Positions 52,146-64,000 of a DNA stretch of 64,000 nt are shown in pieces. Origin of the DNA: Mobula hypostoma (Eukaryota); assembly GCF_963921235.1 (NCBI RefSeq), contig NC_086108.1, positions 75,456,001-75,520,000 on the forward strand. Reading direction: 5' to 3'. The position numbers and the translations under genes are program-made. Positions within the stretch are counted from its first letter, which is position 1. The number at the start of each line of letters is the position of its first letter. The notes under the pieces are model-generated. The model did no database searches, was not told where the DNA came from, and saw only the letters and a list, made by a program, of their open reading frames with translations.

Positions 52146-52297
52146 GCACACATCCAATAAACAGCCCAAAATAATTTTAAACCCTTCTTAAAGGGATTTA
52201 TCATGGACTATGAAATCTAGCTTCACCAAAAACCAATTTAAATATGTTCCCTTTAAACAGTGGCACAATATGTCATGCAAAATAGAGTGCTGTATTA

Positions 52298-52466
52298 AGA
52301 CCAGAAAATATGAAGATGCTGGAAATCCATGCAACACACACAAAATGCTGGAGGAACTCAGCAGGGTCCTGATGAAGGGTTTCGGCCCGAAATGTCGACT
52401 GTTTACTCTTTTCAATAGATGCTGCCTGGCCTGCTGAGTTCCTCCAGTATTTTGTGTGTGTTGCCA
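52298..52466. repeat. Penelope-derived unit with 35-bp inverted arms flanking a hammerhead
   Basis: Arms 52331-52365 and 52430-52464 (one mismatch) enclose GTC-CTGATGA-agggtttcggccc-GAAAT-GTC-GAC. Confidence 0.85.
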
Positions 52467-52672
52467 GAGTAAAAGTATTACCACTTCTGAAAATCACTTA
52501 CGATAAAATTAAACATTTACAGTCAAGAATATTTTCGATTTTCCTTAAAACTATTTGATGTCATCTGTATGTAACCAAGGGATACTTATTACCCAAAAGC
52601 ATGAGTCTGTCAGATCTTGAGCCCAATTCAATGCCACAAAAATACTGCACTATCACAGTTCTTTTCTTCGGC

Positions 52673-54324
52673 TAACAACAGGAATTCTGCAGATGCTGGA
52701 AGTTCAAGCAACACACATCAAAGTTGCTGGTGAACGCAGTAGGCCAGGCAGCATCTCTAGGAAGAGGTACAGTCGATGTTTCAGGCCGAGACCCTTCGTC
52801 AGGACTAACCGAAGGAAGAGTGAGTAAGAGATTTGAAAGTTGGAGGGGGAGGGGGAGATCCAAAATGATAGGAGAAGACAGGAGGGGGAGGGATGGAGCC
52901 AAGAGCTGGACAGGTGATTGGCAAAGGGGATACGAGAGGATCATGGGACAGGAGGTCTGGGAAGAAAGACAAGTGGGGGGGGAACCCAGAGGATGGGCAA
53001 GGGGTATATTCAGAGGGACAGAGGCAGAAAAAGGAGAGTGAGAGAAAGAAGATGTGTATAAAAATAAACAACAGATGGGGTGCGAGGGGGAGGTGGGGCA
53101 TTAGCGGAAGTTAGAGAACTCGATGTTCATGCCATCAGGTTGGAGGCTACCCAGACGGAATATAAGGTGTTGTTCCTCCAACCTGACTGTGGCTTCATCT
53201 TTACAGTAGAGGAGGCCATGGTCAGACATGTCAGAATGGGAATGGGATGTGGAATTAAAATGTGTGGCCACTGGGAGATCCTGCTTTCTCTGGCGGACAG
53301 AGCGTAGGTGTTCAGCAAAGCAGTCTCCCAGTCTGCGTCAGGTCTCGCCAATATATAAAAGGCCACATCGGGAGCACCAGATGCAGTGTATCACCCCAGT
53401 CGACTCACAGGTGAAGTGTCGCCTCACCTGGAAGGACTGTTTGGGGCCCTGAATGGTGGTAAGGGAGGAAGTGTAAGGGCATGTGTAGCACTTGTTCCGC
53501 TTACACGGATAAGTGCCAGGAGGGAGATCAGTGGGGAGGGATGGGGGGGACGAATGGACAAGGGAGTCGCGTAGGGAGCAATCCCTACGGAAAGCGGGGG
53601 GGGGAGGGAAAGATGTGCTTAGTAGTGGGATCCCGTTGGAGGTGGCGGAAGTTACGGAGAATAATATGTTGGACCGGAGGCTGGTGGGGTGGTAGGTGAG
53701 GACCAGGGGAACCCTATTCCTAGTGGGGTGGCGGGAGGATGGAGTGAGAGCAGATGTACGTGAAATGGGGGAGATGCGTTTAAGAACAGAGTTGATAGTG
53801 GAGGAAGGGAAGCCCCTTTCTTTAAAAAAGGAGGACATCTCCCTCGTCCTAGAATGAAAAGCCTCATCCTGAGAGTAGATGCGGCGGAGACGGAGGAATT
53901 GCGAGAAGGGGATGGCATTTTTGCAAGAGACAGGGTGAGAAGAGGAATAGTCCAGATAGCTGTGAGAGTCAGTTGGCTTATAGTAGACATCAGTGGATAA
54001 GCTGTCTCCAGAGACAGAGACAGAAAGATCTAGAAAGGGGAGGGAGGTGTCGGAAATGGACCAGGTAAATTTGAGGGCAGGGTGAAAGTTGGAGGCAAAG
54101 TTAATAAAGTCAACGAGCTCTGCATGCGTGCAGGAAGCAGCGCCAATGCAGTCATCGATGTAGCAAAGGAAAAGTGGGGGACAGATACTAGAATAGGCAT
54201 GGAACATAGATTGTTCCACAAAGCCAACAAAAAGGCAGGCATAGCTAGGACCCATACGGGTGCCCACAGCTACACCTTTAGTTTGGAGGAAGTGGGAGGA
54301 GCCAAAGGAGAAATTATTAAGAGA
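52673..54324 (-). mobile_element. 5'-truncated Penelope-like element (RT C-terminal half, GIY-YIG, UTR, hammerhead)
   Basis: QTKGVAVGTRMGPSYACLF, YIDD, LPFLDL, YYKPTDSHSYL and CSRCGLLYIGET. Premature TGA at 53338-53340, true stop at 53101. Hammerhead at 52771-52806. Confidence 0.95.
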
Positions 54325-56535
54325 TTCTTTTCTTTGGCTGTAGTTTCCAGCCATGTGTTATGCACAGGAAGCTCATAAGTGTACCGACAGTGTATGGCGT
54401 TAAGACTTCTGGAAAATGCTGGTCTTAAAATATTCCATCATCTAAGTGGCAACCATGCATCTATGACTATCAGGTAAGTGTAAAATCATGAGAGAGACTT
54501 TGTAATTGCAGGCTTTTCATTATTGGTACCTATTGAAGGATCAAAATCATGCTCATGAGCCCATTGCCTTGCATTTCTGACCACTATATATTCCCCACTA
54601 AAACCAAGTGATAAACAAAGACACATGTTCTGGATCCTGACCAAATAACACATAAGCATCAGGCTGTAGGTATGCTGCAGTGCCAACTTTGCTAGTTTCT
54701 AACAAATGTTTTGAGTGCATTTGTATGAAAAACACATACTTTCTCTCACGAGAAATGCAAATTGCATTCAAAAATGCTCTTACTTAAATTGAAGAAAACA
54801 AGTTGTAACACATGTATGGTTCTTCAGAACTGAAAGCTGAGCTTAAAAATCACCCAGGGATTTGGTTGTTTCATAGCCAGAGCTGATGCACTGTTACTGA
54901 TAATGATCAGCTTCCTGTTGCTAGGTATCAGAATTTCCTCTCCACTTATTCCAGGTAGAATTTAAGTGACTAAAAGCATCGGAGTTGGGATGCAACAACC
55001 TATTGGGATGAGGAAACTGGATCAGGATTATGAGTCGATATACTTCATGGAACACAACATTAAAGACAGAAGTAGCAAGAATGTTGTCTTCAAACAAATA
55101 TATCACTCTAAGAGATTAGAAAGAAGTCTTTGAGGCACAGGGTCATACAGCAGAGAAACAGGCAGATCATGCCATGGCCATGCCATTTCATGTTTATTCA
55201 TCCCACTTATCAGCATTTAGTCCATAGTCTTCTATTGTGATAGATATTCACTGTCCAGGGCCAGGTAGCCTTTCCTTTTGTCAAACTCAGCTTTCTAAAC
55301 ACAGTAGGTGACACTTCTACTCTCACAACTGAGTAAGATGAACTTCCAACCAATATTCTTTGTTTAGCTTCTTGTCATGAATGGAAGCCTGTCTTGAGTT
55401 CTTATTGTAAATGGCAAGCAATAATCAGTCTGAAGCTAAAAGGACAGCTTTGCAAACAAACAATAGTCTATAGAACATGGGATGTTGGCTCATGGCATCT
55501 GGGTTGACTGTTCAAGAGATACTGTGTAAGACAATGGTGTTGTGTTAATCGGCCTGTTTCAAACCAGACAATACTGACTAAGGTATTTAGCATGAGGAAA
55601 CTTGCAGACCAGATTAATACTATCACTTAGCACATCAAATAGCTGAATCTGTTAATAGTTGGAAGGTTTGTAAGTTCAAAGATTCAGCTTTACAGCATTA
55701 ATTATGGGGAAGCTTTTAGATCATTTGTGTTAAAAGGTTTTGAAAAAATATCACATGCATATGAGTGAAGTCACCCAAGTGGCAGAAAAAGTGTATGAAA
55801 GTAAGAGAGCAGTCAGGTTAGGAAAGTTAAGGAACAGCAAGAAGAATGACAGAAAGACTGGACGACTAGAATCCATCCCACTGACTTCGATTTCTATGAA
55901 GGACGATTCATTCATCTGCAATTCGTTGATATATCTTTTTAGCTTATAGGAATCTATCTGTGTTTTGGAAATCCTTTGTGTTTTAGAAGTTGTTTGTATT
56001 ATGGAAATGTTTTATAAGATAGAAATCCTTTGTGAGTTTTAGATGTGTTTTAGGACTTTGTAAATGTGTATCACTAAATATAAATGAACTGTTTTGCCAG
56101 CTGGAAGTGTCTCCTCCTTGGTAGGGAGGGGGGACCCACCACTTAAATAGCAGGTATTGGCAACTTAACTGTAATCTGTATAAGGTCCATGACCTCGCTG
56201 CTGCTTTGCCCACTTCAGAGACTCTGTATCCATCTTCTGAGTAATTACAGATGCAAAAAATCCATTTAATAACTCCCCCATCTCCTTTGGCTCCATGCAC
56301 AGATGACCATTCTGATCTTCCAGAGGACAAATTTTGTCTCTTGCAATCCTTTTCCTCTTAACATATCTGTAGAAGCCCTTAGGATTCTCCTTCACCTTAT
56401 CTGCTAGAGCAATCTCATGTCTTCTTTTAGCCCTCCTGGATTATTTCTTAAGTGTTCTTTTGCATTTCCTACACTCCATAAGGACCTTATTTGTTCCTAC
56501 CTGCCTATAGCTGCTACGCAGCTCCTTTGTTTCTT

Positions 56536-56693
56536 GAGCAACACTAACAACACACTGGAGGAACTCAGCAGGTCGAGCAGCATCCGTGGAAACGATGAGT
56601 CGACGTTTCCACGGATGCTGCCCGATCTGCTGAGTTCCTCCAGCGTGTTGTTAGTGTTGCTTTGACCCCAGCATCTGCAGATTATTTTGTGTT
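56536..56693. repeat. Penelope-derived fold-back palindrome inserted in CR1
   Basis: 58-bp arms at 56537-56594 and 56604-56661 (3 mismatches), 9-nt loop. 13-bp TSD TCCTTTGTTTCTT at 56523-56535 and 56694-56706. Confidence 0.9.
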
Positions 56694-56769
56694 TCCTTTG
56701 TTTCTTAACCAGGGTCTCATCATTCTCTAAAACCAAGGTTCTCTAAACCTGTTATCCTTGCCTTTTATC

Positions 56770-57120
56770 ATGAGGCATTGATCATGTGGATAGTCAGAGG
56801 CTTTATCCCGGGGCTGAGATGGCTAGCACGAGAGGGCACTGTTTTAAGGTGCTTGGAAGTAGGTACAGAGGAGATGTCAGGGGTAAATTTTTTACGCAGA
56901 GAGTGGTGAGTGCGTGGAATGGGCTGCCAGCAACTGTGGTGGAGGCAGATACGATAGGGTCTTTTTAGAGGCTCCTGGATAGGTATATGGAGCTTAGAAA
57001 AATAGAGGGCTATGGGTAACCCAAGGTAATTGCTAAGGTAAGGACTTGTTCAGCACAGCTTTGTGGGCCGAAGAGCCTGTATTGGCCTGTGGCTTTTTCT
57101 AAGTTTTTTTCTATGATTTT
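56770..57120 (+). mobile_element. Younger CR1 3' end inserted antisense into the older CR1
   Basis: TRGHCFKVLGSRYRGDVRGKFFTQRVVSAWNGLP. TSD TTTTATC at 56763-56769 and 57121-57127. Confidence 0.88.
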
Positions 57121-59164
57121 TTTTATCTGACGGGCACATACAAGCTTTGTACTCCCAATATTTCACTTTTGATGGACTCCCACTTACCAAGTACCCTTCG
57201 CCAGAACATAGCCTGCCCCAATCTATACTTACCAGATCATTTCTGATTCCATCAAAATTGGCCTTACTCCAATTTAGAATCTCAACCAGAGGACCAGACC
57301 GATACTTTTTCATAATTACCTTGAAACTAATGGCATTATGATCACTCGATGCGAAGTGTTCCCCTGCACTAACTTCTGTCACCTGCCATTTCTCATTCCC
57401 TAATAGGAAATCAAGCATTGCACACTCTCTCATTGGGACTGCTATGTACTGATAAAGGAAACCTTCCTGAACACATTTGACAAACTCTGTCCCATCTAGT
57501 CCTTTTACAATATGGGAGTCCCATTCAATATGTGAAATGTTAAGATCATCTTATATCACATCCTTATGTTTCTTTGAACAGTCTGTGATCTTTCTACAAA
57601 TTTGTTCCTCTAAATCCCTCTGACTGTTGGGTGGTCTGTAATATAGCCCTATTAACGTAGCCATACCTTTCTTATTCCTCAGTTCCACCCACATTGCCTC
57701 ACTAGACAAGTTCTCCAGTCTGTCCTGATTGAGCACTGCCATGATATTTTCCCTCACTATTAATGCTACCCCTCTCCTTTTAATCCCTCCAGCTCTATCA
57801 CAGCTAAAACAGTGGAACCTCGGAATACTGAGCTGCCAGTCCTGCTCCTTCTTCAATCAAGTCTCACTAATGTTTACAATATCATGATTCCATGTGTTGA
57901 TCCATGCCCTGAGCTCACCTGCCATTCCTGCAATACTTCTTGCATTGAAATATATGCAACTTGGGACTTTAGTCCCTTCATGCTTAACCTTTTGATTCCT
58001 GACTTTGTCTGAGGACTTAACAACACCTGACTCCACAACCACTCCACCATCTGTTCTGTCACTTGAGTTCAGATCCCCCTGCAACACTAATTTAAACCCC
58101 TCCCCCCCATGAGCAGTATTAGCAAACCTTCCCACTGGGATATTCGTCCCCCTCCAGTTTTGATGCCAACTGTCCCTTCTGTACAGGTCAACCTTGCCTG
58201 GAGGAAAGCCCAATGATCCAAAAATCTGAAGCCCTTCCTCTTACACCAGGTCATTAGCCATGTGTTAAACTGTATAATCTTCCTATTTCTGGCCTCAGTA
58301 ACTCGTGGCACAAATAGCAATCCTGAGATCACAACCCCAGAGGTCCTGTCCTTTAACTTAGCACCTAACACCCTGAACTCACTTTGCAGATCCTCATCAC
58401 TCTTCCTACCTAGGTCATTGGTACCTATATGAACCATGACCTCTGGCTGCTCACCCTCCCAATTAAGAATACTGAGGACTCAATCTGAGGTGTCCCAGGC
58501 CCTGGCACTTGGGAAGCATCATACCATCCAGGAATCTGGTTCTTATCTACAGAATCTCCTTTCAGTTCTCCTAACTAACGAATCCCCCATCCCAACAGTT
58601 CACCTCTTCTCCCCCTTTCCCTTTTGAGCCACAGAGCCAGACTCAAGTGCCAGGGATCTAACTGCTATGACTTTCCTCTGCTCGGTCATAACAATATGCA
58701 AAGTGGTATAGCTGTTGTTGAGGGGATGACCACAGAGTACTCTACAGTGGCTGTTTAACCCCTTTACCTCTCCTGACTGTTGCACAAGTTTCCTGGGTCC
58801 TGCACCTTGGGTGTAACTACCCCTCTTTATGGCCTGTCTCAGCCTCCTGAATGACCTGGAGTTCATCTAATTCCAGTTCCAACCCCTTAACACAGAACGT
58901 TAGAAGCTGCAGCTGGATGCACTTCTTACAGGTGAAGTCATCAGGGACTCTGGAGGTCTCCCTGCCTTCCTATATCCTGCAAGAGGAGCATCCCACTACT
59001 GCATCCCTACTGCTCTAACTGTGCTATAATAAAGGAGGAAACAATAAATAAACCGAAATAAACAATGAAGGAAAGTATCCTATATCCCGGTGCCCAAGGG
59101 GAACCTGCCTTAACGACCGTCATCCAGTGGCACTGAGCTTGATAATAATGAAATGCTTTGAGTG

Positions 59165-60320
59165 ATTGATTATGGATCACAGTAAATCACATCTTCCTGC
59201 TACACTGGACCCTTTCCAGTTCACTTATTGTTCAATTCAGTCCACTGATGATGCCATGACCTCAGCACTCCATTCACAACCACAGATTCAGTAGCACAGC
59301 AGATACGGCAAAAGAGCTCATGAATATGCACGTGTCAGCTAATTATTATTTCATTGTGATAATATTTTAACTCCACTCATTCCGTCATAGTATTTGCCGA
59401 GACTTGGACACAGCAACGGTTCGCTGCCTGTTTGCATTCCGCCTTGCCTGGGAAATTGGATTGTCAAGTCAACTGACTCTGAAGACTAGCAGTACTTGTT
59501 TTATTCTTAGTTGTTCTTTTCAGGCGCAGTGTAGGGTCTGTTTTCCATTTGAGAGTTTCAGTTAATGGCCCTGTTTGGTCAAGTGTTTATTCTCTTCTTT
59601 TCCCTTTAACACTGTTCGTGTTAAAGTCTGTGAACTATAGACCTGCTTCAGCGTCTCTCACTCCACACTTGGGCCATATCCGAAACCTATGACAATTCTG
59701 TCCTGTCCCACCTGGAAAATCGTATCACATATGCCAGAATGTTTTTTATTGACTTCAGCTTGGCATTTATATGATCATCCTTAGACGCTGGTGGGTAAAC
59801 TGTCCTTGTTAGGTCTCAACACCTCTCTCTGTAACTGGATCTTGGATTTCTGGACAGAAAGACCACAATCAGTCCATGTTGGCTGCAACATCTCTGGGTC
59901 CGACAAGCTGAGCACTGTTACCACAACCCACCCCCCAGCCCTGGCTGTGTACTCAGCCCGCTGCCGTTCATGCTGCTGACACGTGATTGTACTGCTGGAT
60001 CCAATTCAAACCAGATCATCAGGCTCGCTGATGACACAACAGTGGCTGACCTCATCAACAATGACAAGACAGTGTACAGAGAGCAGGTAGAGCAGCTGGT
60101 AGAATGGTGTGAGCAGAACAACTTGAGTCTCAATGTGAACGCATTACAGACAATCTCACCTAGCTCTCAACACCACGTCTTTAGTGACGAAAGCACAGCA
60201 GCATCTCCACTGCCTGAGGAGACTGGGGTGAAAGAGGCTCCCCCCACCCCCGCACCATTCTAACCAATTTTTACAGAAGCACCATTGTGAATGTCCTGAC
60301 CAGCTGCATCACCATCTAGA
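59165..60320 (+). mobile_element. Decayed Rex1/Babar fragment with LTR-like insertion at 59276-59694
   Basis: LDPFQF, STDDA..SALH|SVLSHLE, FIDFS and RLADDTTV. The insert is flanked by ATTC repeats and ends TGACA. Confidence 0.8.
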
Positions 60321-60509
60321 AATCCAAAACAAGTAAAAGGACATGGAAGTAGATTTGTCTTTTGCCACTGGCATCAAACACACAACAGAGTAATAGCTGT
60401 GTATTGTCCACTGCATCTGAGACTGATATCCAGGATAAAGAATTTTAGAAGTTGAGTACAAAACAACACTGCTACTAAATTATTTTATCTATAAAAAGCA
60501 ACCAAGATC

Positions 60510-61220
60510 TAAGGAACAATTTGGGGATCTGAGGAAGAATTTTCTTCCCAGAGAACCGTTGCATTCTGGAATACACTGCCAGAAAAAGTGGTGGAGTCAA
60601 GTAGTCGTATAACAATTAGAAGTGCATGAATCTTCAGAGCTTTATAGACTATAGGAGGAATATGAAGAATGTAAAAGAGATACACAAGGATGTTGCTTGG
60701 AAAAGAGAGCAATAGTTATACGGGGAGCTTGAATAGACTGCACTTATTCTCATTGGAACATAAAAGGCTGAAGGGTGACCTCATAGAGGTTTATAAAATT
60801 GTGAAGTGCATTGATGGGATAGATAATCAGAAGCCAAGGCAAAAAGCTTTAGAACTAAAAGGGCTCAGGTTTCAATATCGTTGGGACAAAATAGATGTAG
60901 GTCAGAAAGGTAAAAGTTTGACAAAGAGGATGGTGAACAAGCTACCACAGGAGGTGATGGAGAGGGACGCAATTACAACATACAAGAGGTGTTTGGAAAG
61001 AGGTAAGAAAGGCTTGGAGAGATATGGGCCTAAGGCGATGTAATGCGATTATCTTAGACAAGCATCACAGATAGACAAAGGCCATTTTATTACCGTACAT
61101 TTCTATGATTTTATGAAACTAAGTGCTCGTAAATGGGATTAATATAGATAGCCATCCGATGGTCAGAGTAGACTTGGTAGGAAAGGGACTTTTTTTGTGT
61201 TGCATTGCTCTTTAACTCTG
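60510..61220 (+). mobile_element. Old CR1 3' remnants
   Basis: SY..SLNRLHLFSLEHKRLKGDLIEVYKI, and FFSQRTVAFWNTLP. Confidence 0.75.
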
Positions 61221-63374
61221 AAAAAAGAAGTCTTGCCCAATCACTCATTAAATAGTTGCAGTTGATAGACAGTCAACGTTGCTGTCTGTCTGTTTACTAT
61301 TGCTCCAGCACAGACGCTCTCAGCTTGGAGGGGCAGGAGAGGGTGGAGGAATTATCTTCATTTAAAATACCAGAAGATTATTAGGAGAGCAGGTTGGTAT
61401 CAGGAAACAGGCAAGGCAGCTATTGTTCCCACCTTTGTGCTGCTTGGCAGGGAGGTCGTGGAAGGGAAGCCTTGATCCCCTGCTAATTTGCAGAAGTAAA
61501 TGCAGGACTAGTAGAGCTGCTCACTGCTAAACCAAGAGGAGCCCTGGCTTGTGTGAACTGCACCCATTCAGACGTCCTCCTCTGTCCTGAAATGACCCAC
61601 AACACATAGTCCTTGGCAACCATCAGTAGCACTCAACAAATACACAGTATGCTTTGAAAATGTTGTTACAGGTTTCTGCCAGCCAAAGGATTTTTGGATG
61701 AATTGACATTTGGCCTGATCAGCATTTCAAGTGAACGGGACAAGGGATAGGAAGGTTGAGGGTGGTTCTGAATCTGGTTCCGTGCTAGTTTATTTTATTC
61801 ATAATTTAGAGACACAAGCCACACCGCCAGCAACCCACCTATTTAACACTAGCCTAATCACAGGACAATTTACAATGACCAATTAACCAATTAACCAGTA
61901 CGTCTTTGGACTGTGGGAGGAAACCTCAGCACCCGGAGGAAACCCATGCAACCACGGGAGAACATACAAGCTCCTTACAAACTGCGCCAGAACTGAACTC
62001 CAAAATGCGTCGCCCCAAGCTGTAATAGTGTTACACCACCATGGCACCCCGCTGTTTTAGATGTTTGCTGCTCATCTAAAGGTAAAACCAATGGTCATCA
62101 GGCATTATATTCCTAACAGTGATGGGCAGCAGATGACAGTCTTCTATTCCTACTCTTTGGATACTTAGCATCTAGGCATAAATTTGTCCACAAAGGAGGC
62201 ACGGAGATGGCAAGTCCAGGGTGAGGGTAAACACAGGGAAGCTACTTCAGGCGGGCGCTCTGGACCCATTTCCCAAACAGGCAGCGGACGCAGTTCCAGA
62301 GGGAATAAACAGAAAGGACCAATCTCAGGAAATTAGTCACCCCACCACTACCTGCAGCATGAATTTAGCACAACAGGAGCTAATAGAAACTGGTTTCTCT
62401 GTCAAAGTTCACCAATGTCCCAAAATGCTAAGTTTAACGTGAGTAAGGCAGACATGAAAAAGCGGGGGGGCGGGGGGGGATGCATGAGGCATGAAACTGC
62501 AAATTAGGAGTCAAGCAAAATGGCTCGTTAAGGCTTTATACCTCCTTCCAGGAGACAGCAAGAGGTAAACGTGCAAGTGAACCTAGAAGTAAGCACTGTG
62601 TTTATTCAAACTCATCATTCCATTCAGCCTCAAGAGATAACCAAAGCATGTATCAAAAAAATATGGTCTACATCTACAATGCAATGCCCTTATGGGATTG
62701 TGTCAGAAGAATTGTCCGTTCAGTTAATATGAATATAATATTAAACTATTGTTGACCCATTATTGTTTTCATCATGAATCCTCACTAGAGAATACATGTA
62801 AAAGAGTATGCAGATAAAATGGCTTAACATGCACATGTTTAGTTTTCTTGTGGATATATATCTCAGTGGAAGAACAACCACAAGAGGAAAGCACTGCCAT
62901 TTCAGCGGAAGGCAGCAAGAGATGATTAGCCCATGCTGTTTTAATCATCTTTATGCTCAAAATCAAAATGGCTTATCAGAAATCTGTACAAAATGAGAAA
63001 GAAAATCATTATCTTATTGCTGTTTATGAGGGACATGCAAATACAGTAGCTTCAGCTGCAGACTCAAAGAGAAAAGCAAATACTTTGCTTGGTGTTAAGT
63101 CCAAAGTAACTAATTTAAAGATGTCAACACAGTGCTGATGACAAAATGCAGTGTCTTCTCTGTAGAGCTTTCCAAATTGTTGTTGAATAATTTCCCAAAG
63201 AAATTACCCAACCGCTAGATGAATTACTGAAATTTTAACAGTTTCAGTGTTTAAGTAGCTTGCTAAGAAGAATTAAGGAAGCATTTTTTTCAATTAAGTC
63301 ATAATTGGCTGCAATTATTCATTACTTCCAAACACATAGCATTCTCAGGAGGCAGATTTCAGACTTCTCAACCA

Positions 63375-64000
63375 CATTCCCTTGCCTTCTCCCTGTAACC
63401 TTTGACGCCTTGACTAATCAAGAACATATCAACCTCCATGTTAAATACACCCAATGACATGGCAACAAAACCGTCTGTGGCATTGAATTCCACAGACTGA
63501 TTGCCCTCTGGCTAAAGAAATTCCTCCTCATCTCTGTTCTAAATGAATGTCCCACTATTCCGAGGCTGTGTCCTCTGGTCCTAGATTCACACATCTAGAC
63601 TGATGCTCTCCACATCCACTCTGTCTAAGACTTTCAATATTCAATAGGTTTAAATGAGAATCCCCCCCCACCCCACCCCCTCATTCTTCTAAATTCCAGC
63701 AAGTACAGGCCTAGAGCCATCAAACACTCCTAATACATTAAACTGTTCATTCCTGGAATCATTTTTGTGAACATCCTCTGGAAGCTATCCTATGCTAACA
63801 CATCTTTCCTTAGAGAAGGGGCCCAAAAATGCTCACAATACTCCAATTGTGGACTGAGAAATGCTATATTAAGTCTCAACATTACATCCTTGCTTTTATA
63901 TTCTGGTTCTCTTGAGACATCCAAACATTGAATTTGCCTTCCTTACAACCTGCAAGTAAACCTTTAAGAAGTCCTGTACGAGGACTCCCAAGTCCCTTTG
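63375..64000 (-). mobile_element. CR1 3' fragment running off the window edge
   Basis: Collinear with 1260-1740 and 33810-34410. Confidence 0.85.

Larger units (their letters stand above)
56165..59010 (-). mobile_element. CR1 LINE 5' portion: ORF1 (zinc finger, coiled coil, SGNH esterase) and ORF2 APE endonuclease, decayed
   Basis: ORF1 CSSC..FTCKKC..LELELDEL and VHIGTNDLG..VVISGLL..GFRFLDHW. ORF2 YFNARSI..ISET, GLYYRPPNS, LDFLL.NE, SSDHN and KENPKGFYRYVKRKR. Confidence 0.92.

Noticed and set aside
53338..54354. 338-aa ORF as a functional gene
   Set aside because: 5'-truncated Penelope RT with compensating frameshifts and a premature stop in GIY-YIG. The ATG comes from flanking DNA.
62221..62445. 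ORF ending at a GTGAGT donor-like site
   Set aside because: No good acceptor or recognisable protein, and an isolated splice-like motif is expected by chance.
1..64000. CRISPR arrays, prokaryotic operons or rRNA genes
   Set aside because: No regularly spaced repeat-spacer array or rRNA sequence. The recurrent short units are dispersed eukaryotic retroposons.

Overview
Repeat-dense vertebrate genomic DNA, probably intronic or intergenic. The repeat mix of CR1, Rex1/Babar, RTE, L1, Penelope-like elements and tRNA-SINEs suggests a cartilaginous fish, but that is an inference. I could not recognise any host protein-coding gene. The informative ORFs are all decayed retrotransposon or transposon fragments, often nested several levels deep with readable target-site duplications (TSDs). 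Family names come from motif recognition, not a database search, and boundaries are approximate unless a TSD is quoted. Two RNA-level signals stand out. (1) Penelope-like elements and about a dozen short derivatives carry the known minimal, dimer-type hammerhead ribozyme, some in fold-back palindromes. (2) Two independent, diverged 3' fragments of HERO-like (restriction-like endonuclease) retrotransposons, at about 5.2 kb and 43.2 kb on the minus strand, each contain the three hammerhead strands with covarying stems I and III in a non-circularly permuted, pseudoknotted order. The 43.2 kb core is degenerate. This is a candidate new hammerhead topology.
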